From a virus: a DNA stretch of 64,000 nucleotides. Positions 34,594-43,900 of the stretch are shown piece by piece; position 1 is the stretch's first letter; each line of letters opens with the position of its first letter. Where the stretch lies: IMG/VR virus record IMGVR_UViG_3300009071_000007. One strand, given 5' to 3'. Below the pieces are notes generated by a model that was given only the letters and a program-made list of their open reading frames with translations, made no database searches and was not told the DNA's origin. Position numbers and translations under genes: made by a program.

Positions 34594-37500
34594 ATGGCTA
34601 AAAAGAAAACAACTAACAATAAAAAGAAGCGCGTAAATAGGTATCAAGGAGCGGGACCGTTTAAAGATGACGCTGCTAATAAAGCTCTACGTAATGCAGG
34701 TATTGGCTTCGCTGGTAGTACGCTTGCACGAGGTGTAGTATCCCCACTTATACAAAATAGACGAGCAGATAAAGCCGCATTTAACCAGTACACAGATATG
34801 ATGGACAGAGCGTATCAAAACTCTGGATATGACAGCTATGCTGATTACTGTCTAACAGGTGACTGTCCTCAAAATCCATTTCAAGGAGATCCCCCAAATT
34901 TTAGAGACTGGAGAAACCATGATTACTTTGGGGCAGGAGAAACTAATGCACGTCCTACATATAGGTTTCTAAATGACGTTAAAGAAAACCCACTACAAGG
35001 AACTATGGGCCCTGCGATCAAAGCAGGTGCAAGAGATGCTGCAATCAGTGGAGCACTTACTTATGGTGCAAACAAACTGCTTGACAATACCAAATTTGGG
35101 AGAAAGCTTAAGCGTAACTTTAATGTCAATCTAGGATTTAAGCGAGCATACCAAACTGGTGGGCCGCAGGGCAATCCATACGCTATGCCTACTTCTGCGT
35201 CTACATCAGGGTATACAAGTACTATGTCTGGAATGGCAGGAGCACACCAATCTCAAATGCAATTAGCACAACTTCAACAAGAAGTTATGGCTGAGCAGGC
35301 TAGAAGAAAAGAAGAGAATGACGCAAGAAATGCAGCAGAGGATGCACAATTTAAACAACAAGTTGCTGGTTTAGGTAGTGAGGAATTTTTAAGTCAAGCC
35401 AATACCGCCGTAAAAGACATTACGGGTAAGAGGGCTGCAGCACAAGATCTTAGAATGAAACAGGCGGCGGCAGACTATGGAGCAAGTCTTACCGGGCACA
35501 CAGCTAACGCAACTAACGTAAAAGACATAGTACAAGGAGGAAAAACGGCAGCAGAAGCTCTTAGTCCAACAGTTAATGTGGTCACGAACCCCATGTATAC
35601 TACGGGATCAAAACAAGTTATAACTTCTGCTGTACCTGATATGGGTAAGGAAGTTGTGCTGCAGGGTACTCAGCAGGTAGGACAAGAAGCAGGTAAACAG
35701 GTTGCGGCAGAAACAGGCAAGAATTTTGGTCTAGCTGCATCTGCAGCAAACCCAAGCTGGGCTAATCCTGCTGCCGCAATAGCAGCGGTCGGGGGCAAAG
35801 CAATTGAACATGTTGCAGACGATGACGACGATACTAAGATAAGCGCTGGGGAAGGAATAGGACGAGGGTTATCTGGTGCCGGACAGGGTGCATCAATTGG
35901 GTTGATGTTTGGTCCAGTAGGAGGACTTATTGGAGCAGGTGTAGGAGCACTAGCTTCACTCACCACACAACAAATACAAAAAAGAAAAGCGCGAAAAGAA
36001 GCAGAAAAACAAAGGCGTCAAGACGCAGTGAGAGCTAGTCAAGAAGGTACTCTATTTAAAAATGCAATGGTAACCCAAGGTCAAGACCTGGGCTACAATA
36101 TTGGTAACTCTCAAACTAACGCATATCTTCCTGGGTATCAAATGAAAGGAGGAGGTCTTTGGGCAAACATTCATGCCAAACGTAAACGTATAGCAGCAGG
36201 CTCGGGAGAGCGTATGCGTAATCCTGGAGACCCAGGAGCCCCTACAGAAGAAAATTTAAAGAACAGCAAGGAAGCTGGAGGCAGCTTTGTAAGATCTCTT
36301 CCCGGCGGGGCAGTAGAATTTGTAGGCCCTAAACATGCACAGGGGGGCATTATGATTGATCCGCAAACTGAAGTAGAGGGAGGTGAAACTATGGATAAAG
36401 TAGGCATGTCTACAGGAGGAGCTAAAGACTACATCTTCTCTGATTTCTTAAAGGTAGGCAAAAAGAGCTTCGCACAGCGACATAAAGAAATGCTCGATAG
36501 AGGAGCATCTCAAGCAGAAATACAACAACTTGCTAAGTTGCAAGAAGAAGTAGCACAGCGAAAGGGTAGAGATGAGAACGGTCCTAGAGACCCTAATATG
36601 ATTATGAGGAAAGGTGGTATGTATCAAGCTGGGAGTGCAGTTGAGAATACATATCTACCGCAAGATGAAACCCTTGATCCAGATGATCCTAGATTTACTG
36701 ACCAAGGTGTTGGATTTGACTGGTTCTATGATATAGAAGATGAGAACAATCCTGCAATTGATATGGCAGGACGTGTTGGACGAGAGGGAGACACCGAACA
36801 AATCCTTGCATCAAACTGGGCAAAACGTCAAGGCCTGCCAGAAGACATGACAACTGAAGAGCTTGAAAGCTATTATAACGATATATATCTCCCGCAGATA
36901 CAGGAATACTTCACTGCTAACAAAGAGCAAGTGGTTGCCAATGCAAAAAGAATGGCTATGCTTGATGACAAAAACCAATCTAACTTTACAAAGAGGATTG
37001 GTAAGGCAGAAGACGGCACGTTTGAAATGAGTGACGATGAGATATTTGAACAGGCACTTAAACTAACCACAGATGGGAATGTAGGTTCTTGGCACTCATT
37101 GCTTCCAAAAACAGGAACTCCGGAAGATGGGGGTGACGAAGGTGGGGGTGAGGAGTTTAATATAGAACAAGATATAGAGACTCAAGAAACAGAAATATCA
37201 CAAAAGGGGTGTCCTTGTGAAGATGGGTCTCTTTCCCCATCCTGCTGCGATATTCCAGAAAAGCGAGATATACTGCTTCCGTACCAATTGATTGGGCCAA
37301 TGGCAGAATTGACTAGCAAATACCCACAGCCTAATGCAATAGCTGCACAACCTACTGGTAGAATTAAACTCCCAAGAGTAAACTACAATGCAGAAAGAGC
37401 GTCCCTAGGAAACTCAACTACTGCAGCAAATAGGTTTATCCAAAACAACGCTGCTGGTCCTGCTGCAATTTCAGCTATGATGGCTACAAATGAAAAGCAG

Positions 37501-38154
37501 AGATCTGGTAACTTGGATATTGCCAACGCAGAAGCAAGAAGCAATAAAGAGCTTGCGGCACAAGAGAAGCTTGCTAACTTGCAAGCATCTCAATTTGACT
37601 CTACTCAAGGAATGCGGGCTTCTATGTTTAATGCACAAGCACAAAACCAGCGAGACCAGAATGAGTATGAGAAGCGTATGCTTGGATTTAATCAGTTGGG
37701 AACTAACCTTGCGCAGTACGCAAATGATCGTCGTGCATACGCAGGAGAAGAAAGAGCAGCAGAAGCATATCAAATAGATAATGAATACTCTAGACAAAAA
37801 GCTTATGAGGCTGCTATGTCTAAGCGTGGGAATAAGAAATCCCCATACTATGGTAAAAACCCTATGGAAATTAAAGAGATGATTGCACAGTCATTTCAGT
37901 ATGGGGCTCCAACATGGAATGCACAAAACACTCAAAGGCGTGACGCTGTTATTCAAAATATGAATCCAACAGCAGCGGGACCAACAACAACAATACAGGG
38001 CCCAACTACTGTAACAACTCAAACTAACGCTACAACTCCACAAGAGTTATTGCTCGCGCTCGAAAATGCATCAGGTACTGGTGCAACAGAACAAATGCTG
38101 ACCGGTGGATACCTTCGTAAGTTTGGAAAAATAAAGAGAAAAAGAAAAAAGTAA
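34594..38154 (+). CDS. giant virion cargo/ejection-protein candidate (1186 aa)
   Basis: It has a basic N-terminus (KKKTTNNKKKR) and C-terminus (KFGKIKRKRKK). A Gly-rich hydrophobic segment (GLSGAGQGASIGLMFGPVGGLIGAGVGALASL) and recurrent x-G-G motifs are present. No enzymatic motif recognised. Confidence 0.85.
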   Translation: MAKKKTTNNKKKRVNRYQGAGPFKDDAANKALRNAGIGFAGSTLARGVVSPLIQNRRADKAAFNQYTDMMDRAYQNSGYDSYADYCLTGDCPQNPFQGDPPNFRDWRNHDYFGAGETNARPTYRFLNDVKENPLQGTMGPAIKAGARDAAISGALTYGANKLLDNTKFGRKLKRNFNVNLGFKRAYQTGGPQGNPYAMPTSASTSGYTSTMSGMAGAHQSQMQLAQLQQEVMAEQARRKEENDARNAAEDAQFKQQVAGLGSEEFLSQANTAVKDITGKRAAAQDLRMKQAAADYGASLTGHTANATNVKDIVQGGKTAAEALSPTVNVVTNPMYTTGSKQVITSAVPDMGKEVVLQGTQQVGQEAGKQVAAETGKNFGLAASAANPSWANPAAAIAAVGGKAIEHVADDDDDTKISAGEGIGRGLSGAGQGASIGLMFGPVGGLIGAGVGALASLTTQQIQKRKARKEAEKQRRQDAVRASQEGTLFKNAMVTQGQDLGYNIGNSQTNAYLPGYQMKGGGLWANIHAKRKRIAAGSGERMRNPGDPGAPTEENLKNSKEAGGSFVRSLPGGAVEFVGPKHAQGGIMIDPQTEVEGGETMDKVGMSTGGAKDYIFSDFLKVGKKSFAQRHKEMLDRGASQAEIQQLAKLQEEVAQRKGRDENGPRDPNMIMRKGGMYQAGSAVENTYLPQDETLDPDDPRFTDQGVGFDWFYDIEDENNPAIDMAGRVGREGDTEQILASNWAKRQGLPEDMTTEELESYYNDIYLPQIQEYFTANKEQVVANAKRMAMLDDKNQSNFTKRIGKAEDGTFEMSDDEIFEQALKLTTDGNVGSWHSLLPKTGTPEDGGDEGGGEEFNIEQDIETQETEISQKGCPCEDGSLSPSCCDIPEKRDILLPYQLIGPMAELTSKYPQPNAIAAQPTGRIKLPRVNYNAERASLGNSTTAANRFIQNNAAGPAAISAMMATNEKQRSGNLDIANAEARSNKELAAQEKLANLQASQFDSTQGMRASMFNAQAQNQRDQNEYEKRMLGFNQLGTNLAQYANDRRAYAGEERAAEAYQIDNEYSRQKAYEAAMSKRGNKKSPYYGKNPMEIKEMIAQSFQYGAPTWNAQNTQRRDAVIQNMNPTAAGPTTTIQGPTTVTTQTNATTPQELLLALENASGTGATEQMLTGGYLRKFGKIKRKRKK
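38145..38151 (+). other. canonical -1 slippery heptamer A_AAA_AAG one codon before the stop of ORF 34594
   Basis: The zero-frame codons are aga aaa aag taa. A -1 slip reads GTA ATG GCA, which is the frame and start of ORF 38154. Confidence 0.3.
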
Positions 38155-40946
38155 TGGCATATCGTAATCTGTATACACCCTTATCTCAATTTGTAGATCC
38201 ACAATCTACAGAAATAGCACAAGAGCTAAGAGCTAAATATCTTACATCTTTTCAAGCTCAGGATCAGGTAGCTCAAGCATTATCACAGCTGCCTGTTGCC
38301 TCATTTGAGAATGATCAAAAGATTTACAATGACTTGTACAATAGTACTCGTGCTGAGATAGATGGGCTTGCATCTAGAGGGGACTACGAAAATATGTTTG
38401 TACCTGTCTCTCGTCTGGCAAGAACATACAAGAATACGGCAACGCCTCTTGAAACTAACTACAATAGATATCAAGCTGATGTAGAAACAAAAAAAGAGAT
38501 GCTTGACAAGGGTGAGATTACAATGTCAGACTATGAAGGCTGGCTTAAAAAAAGCAGGCTAAAACAAGGTACTGATGATTACACCCCGTACCTCGGTATT
38601 GAACTAGACGGTAATGGGAGAGCTGTCCAATCAAGCTATTATGGAGGCACCCCAATTGCACAATACGTAGACATACAGAAGGAGATACTTACGCAGCTTA
38701 ATCAAATCCCGGAAGTAAAAAGAGGAGGATATAAGGTAAAAGAAATACAAGCACCAGATGCTGACGGTCTAGTATTTGCAATTACACACAAAGATCAGAT
38801 AGTAGAATACGTCCCACAAGAAGCGGTAGATGCAGTGACTGCCAACATTGTGCAACGCCCAGATGTACAAGCCTACATGACGCAGTCTGCAGACTTCAAC
38901 ACTCTAGACCTTGATGAAAATGAGCTAGATACTATTCTTAGAACTGCAGCACAATCATATATGTCTTCAGAAGACAAAGACGAGCAAAGATATGGTGACC
39001 AGCTTGCACACATAATCTCTACACAAACTGTTGGGGGTAAAAGACGTGCTGTAAAAGCTATGCTGTACAACGAGGATATCAACCGCTATATGACTACAGC
39101 TAGATTGACTAGACAGCCTAGTGCATACGGAGGAAGCTATTCTGTATCCTACGAGTCAGCTCTCACAAACAAACTTAACGAAACCAGAGGTGGTGGAGCC
39201 GGTGCTTATACTCCAGTACTCCCAGGCGATAATGTAGTAACTACTAATAGTCACTTAATTGGAGAAGGGCAAACTGCCCCAACAATAGCCGGGGTTGAAG
39301 GGCACATCGGAAACATAGGCAACAACAAGGAGGCAGTAGAGTCAGCTTTGATGGAACTCCACCCAGAACTTGCAGACATATACGGCATACCTACTGGGCC
39401 TATGTCTGCTACAGGTGGGGAAGGAATTGGAGCTGCGGTAGGCTCTCTTCCTGGTGCTAACTCTTTTGAATCTATACAAGACGATCTCTACAAAGAGAAC
39501 GGAGTAGAAATTATAACTACTAAACTGCTATATGCAAACCCAGAACTGGCTGAAAATAAAGCACAGATTGAAAACCATCTAAGACAGGCTAGAGCAGATT
39601 TGTTTAACTATGATGCTCAAAGAGATGCGGCAGAGAAGATAATTAAAAACGCATACGCTGAATTTAAAGACACCTTCGTCAATGAGGTTATTGCAGATAT
39701 TAGCAATGACATAGAAATGCCTGCTCAGCAGCTCCCTACATTTTACAACAATCCAGGATTGGGACAAATAGGAGCTACTTATAACCCAGAAACTAATGAG
39801 GTAGAGTTTAAACAGTCAGGTACATTTGACCCTGATGCATATAAGCTTGGGGTTGCAGCAAACATTATGACTGAACTTGAATACGTAGAGAAGTTCGATA
39901 AGACTCTGTCTCGATCTGGGTTAGGGGGAAGTCTTGATGTTGGGGCTGCCTTGTTTAGTCAAATGTTTGGGTTGGATGCTGAAGAAGCTATGGCGCTTGC
40001 ACAGACTGCTTCAACTGTTACAGTAACAGGAACAGAACGTATAGAAAATCTGTCGCAAGGGTCGCTGCTTGATGGGGTAGGATACAGAGGAACAGCTGGA
40101 CCTGTTAGATCTATGACTGCAGGAGAAGACCGACTCACTGGAATGACAGCAGTTGGCTCTATGGGTAAGATTAACATACGTGAGAAGCTTGACAAAGCAA
40201 CTGAACAAGCTGAGGAAAGAATAGGTAAGCTTGGGCGGGTTACATATACTACAAGCCAGTCTGAGGCAGCACTTGGAGACTCAAGCGGTAAACTGTCTAA
40301 AGAGATTAATGATACGGTTAAGGGTAGATTCTTGAGCACCCTTGCAAATGTTCCTGTAATTCTTACAGAGTCAACACAAACTAGACTAAACGAAAACAAT
40401 CCAGAGATAGCTAATCAAGCAAGGGCTGGAGTTCCTGGATCAATTGTAACAATAGCAGATTTGTATAAAGAAGGAGACGAAGATTATGCTAAGGCAAAAA
40501 TAGCAAGAGCAGACTTTACCTCGTATCTTGACCCAGTAACAGGAAGCATGAAGGCCGGAATGTCTATAGAGACAAGTACCGGTGATCAAATTCTTGTTCC
40601 ATACGACGAATTAATTATGGGTTACGATCCAACAATGCCTAGCAAAATTACAAATACGTACAACAGTCCGGGCGGAATGATAGCTAGTAAAGCAATTGCA
40701 ACAATGCTCCAATACCCAACAGCATTTGGTGAAGAAAATGGGTATGTGCACAGAGATGTGATTGGGGGAAGAAGCGTAGAAATTGAATTCCTTGCACCAC
40801 AAATGCCATTAGAAGAAGATGGCCTTGCTGTTACAGCAGGACCAAATAGAGTTATTGTTAGAGCCAGTGGTGGAGCAGGAGAAGATGTGGAACAAGAACT
40901 AGCTATCGACGACTTCATAATATTCTATAACGCAGCAATACAATGA
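38154..40946 (+). CDS. giant virion cargo-protein candidate (930 aa)
   Basis: Uninterrupted ORF with a TAATG overlap upstream and an ATGA overlap downstream. No motif recognised. Confidence 0.85.
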   Translation: MAYRNLYTPLSQFVDPQSTEIAQELRAKYLTSFQAQDQVAQALSQLPVASFENDQKIYNDLYNSTRAEIDGLASRGDYENMFVPVSRLARTYKNTATPLETNYNRYQADVETKKEMLDKGEITMSDYEGWLKKSRLKQGTDDYTPYLGIELDGNGRAVQSSYYGGTPIAQYVDIQKEILTQLNQIPEVKRGGYKVKEIQAPDADGLVFAITHKDQIVEYVPQEAVDAVTANIVQRPDVQAYMTQSADFNTLDLDENELDTILRTAAQSYMSSEDKDEQRYGDQLAHIISTQTVGGKRRAVKAMLYNEDINRYMTTARLTRQPSAYGGSYSVSYESALTNKLNETRGGGAGAYTPVLPGDNVVTTNSHLIGEGQTAPTIAGVEGHIGNIGNNKEAVESALMELHPELADIYGIPTGPMSATGGEGIGAAVGSLPGANSFESIQDDLYKENGVEIITTKLLYANPELAENKAQIENHLRQARADLFNYDAQRDAAEKIIKNAYAEFKDTFVNEVIADISNDIEMPAQQLPTFYNNPGLGQIGATYNPETNEVEFKQSGTFDPDAYKLGVAANIMTELEYVEKFDKTLSRSGLGGSLDVGAALFSQMFGLDAEEAMALAQTASTVTVTGTERIENLSQGSLLDGVGYRGTAGPVRSMTAGEDRLTGMTAVGSMGKINIREKLDKATEQAEERIGKLGRVTYTTSQSEAALGDSSGKLSKEINDTVKGRFLSTLANVPVILTESTQTRLNENNPEIANQARAGVPGSIVTIADLYKEGDEDYAKAKIARADFTSYLDPVTGSMKAGMSIETSTGDQILVPYDELIMGYDPTMPSKITNTYNSPGGMIASKAIATMLQYPTAFGEENGYVHRDVIGGRSVEIEFLAPQMPLEEDGLAVTAGPNRVIVRASGGAGEDVEQELAIDDFIIFYNAAIQ

Positions 40947-43900
40947 GTAATAAGGGTACTATAAATCCCATTACAGGTCTTCCGCAACAAAACACTTTAA
41001 ACCCTATTACAGGGCTCCCGTTTACTACTGCAGAAGAGCTGGGTGCATTTCAAGCAAAAGTTAACCGCCAACGACCTCAAGTATCAGTAGCTCCTGGATT
41101 TGCTGCAACAACTGGGGACTTCTCTTCATATGCAGACAGAGGAGTAACACTTTCTGGGGGACCTAGCTACAAGGATTACTCTACTATAAGAGCCCTCAAT
41201 CAAAGCGCAGGAGAAAAATTGTTAATCGGGGCCAAAAAAGGAACCGTTACTGGAGCTAGCGCTTTTGTAAACGGATTGCTTGGTATGGCGGGCGCTCTTG
41301 ACTTTGCCGCTGGAAGTAATTTGAATCCTAAAAGCAGAGGATCTCTAGTTGGGACAGCTCAGGATTGGACAAATCTTGTTAATACTGAGGAGTGGCGGGA
41401 GAACTCTCGTAAAAACAATCCACACTATTACACAAAGACAGAGCTGGATAACATAGGAAACTTTAACCCATTCTCTGAAAACAACTCATTTACATGGAAC
41501 TTCCTTACTGACAAGATATTTGATGGTATAGGATTCTTAGTTGGGACAGCTGCATCAATATATGTTACAGCGGGTACAGGAGTTATTGGACGTGTTGGTC
41601 AGCTTGGGAATATAAGCAAGGGACTTGCAACGTGGAGAACTGCTAAAACTATAAAGAGTGGGCAGTCTTTGTCTAAGGCTCTTGGTACATACAGAACTAC
41701 TAAAAACGTAGCAAGTAAGATATACAACGGTGCTGCTAAGACCGAAGCAGCTTTCTTATCTGCAGTAGGGGAAGCATCTATTGAAGGAAAGGAAACAGGT
41801 AAACAAGTGTATGAAAAGCTATATGCAGAAGCTCTGAGAAAGAAGACTGCAATGGGTTTACCTGCACAGCTTTCTGCACAAGAAGTGCAACAGCTTAAGT
41901 TACAAGCATTAGAAGCAGAGGGTGCTGCTTTTTATTCAAACGTGGGAGTACTGAGCTTGAGTAACTCTATAATGTTTAGGGGTCTGTTCAAACAGTTTGG
42001 AAAAGCAGCAGGAACATCTAGATGGCTAAGAGCTGCAACAGCAGCAGAGAGAGCTGCAAAACCATCACTGCGTGTTGTAGACAAACTCAGTGGACTTCCA
42101 GGTTATGGTATTCGACAAACTGCACAAGCAGCAAGATTTTCAGCCCCCTTCTTAAAAACAATGGCGGCTGAAGGATCAGAAGAAGCTGCACAGTATGCAA
42201 TTACTGAGGGGATGATTGAGTACGAGATGGCAAAGATGCATGACTCCGGATTGGGGGATATAGTAGAAAGTCTTATTGACACAAATAAGCTCCGAATTGC
42301 AGCAGAGTCATCTCCTGAGGTTGCAAGTAAAATGCTTGAGACATTTAGTAACCCAGAAGCGCGAGAACAATTTGTCATTGGATCTATTGTTGGTATTCTG
42401 GGTGGGGGAATACAAGGCTACAAGGAATCAAAGGCAAGCAGAAAACAAAGAGATGAGCAGGCAACTTTGCTTAACAACGAAGGTATGTTCCGAGCAGCAA
42501 GAGGAGCAGAGTCTGTAAACAAGCAGTCCTTTTTCTTGCAGAGAATGAATGAAGCAGAGCAAGCAGGAGACAGGGAGCAATTTGAATACTATCAAAGAAG
42601 ACTGCAGGCAGAACAAATACTGCAGCATTATAATAAAGGAAGCTTAGACTTGTTCAGAGAGATGCTGGAAGACTCAAAAAGTCTCCCGGAGAATGAGTTC
42701 AAAGAGCTTTATGGAATCAGCCCAGAGACAGTTATAGACCAGAATAAACTGGTAGATGATATTGTATCTAGATCCAAAGAGATAGAGAAGTCTGCAGAAA
42801 TGATAGACGAACTCTACACAAGCTCCCCAACTGTTGGAGCAGGTAAGCTGTTCATGTCAAAAGAAGAGAAGGAGCTAGAGAAAAATAATCTTCAAGATGA
42901 AGCTATTTATAAAAACTATTTAAAGCTAGAGCTAGGGTCGCTAAAGTTTATTGATGGGGCAATCTCAGAGAAAGTAGATAAAATTGAGGAGATGTTCCCA
43001 GGCCTCTTGACAGATGTGCTTGTTACACAGACATACAAGAAAGGAAAAGAGGCAGACTATGAAGAGGGTACACGTACTAAGTCTGTTAATATGCGTGATC
43101 GTATACGCAACTATGTAAGAAACAGATTTGGGGAGGTGGCTCTAGAAGAAGGCAAATTCAGTTTAGATGTACAGCAAAATCTAGAAAAGAATCTAAACAC
43201 CATTCTAGCGAATAATCAAGAACACACAGAGTTCGAGACTGTCAGAAAAGAATTGGTAGAGCTTAGGGAGCTTATTAGTCAAAGGGGTAATGCAGTCACT
43301 GCATACAATAACCTCAACAGAAGCCCGGAGCTGCGAGACCTTGCAATATCTGGAACAAAGATTGCATTGGAGCGGGAAGCACAAACAAAGAGAGATGCAC
43401 TTGTTGATCAAATTATTGCAGATACTGTAACACCTGAACAACTAAAAGCAAAAGCGGATAGAATTCTGCAACAAGGGAGCATCTCAGAAGAAGCTAGAAA
43501 AAGAGCCAACGACGAAATAGCTGCAAGAACAAAAACCAGATCAGATGCTCAACAGAAATGGGACACTATGTCCAGACCCGCAGTTGAAAATCTTGAAGGA
43601 CTAAGCCCACTGCTAGACTCGTACAGAGAACAATATCTTAAGGACAGATCTCAAGAGGCCCCAATAAGAGATACTACTGTTGAGCAGAAGAGAAAAGCTG
43701 ATGAGGCAGCAGAAATAATAAAGAGACGAAAACAAGAGGGAGCACGACTTGCGGCTGAAAACCGCAAAACAGGAGAGCAATCTGCACCTGGACAACAGCC
43801 GACGGAGAAGGAACAAAAAGGATTGCAAAGGAGGATTGACAGGAGTAAAAAGGATTTTGCTGCCGCTACAAGTCTTGAAGAAAAAGCTAAAGCCCTTCTT

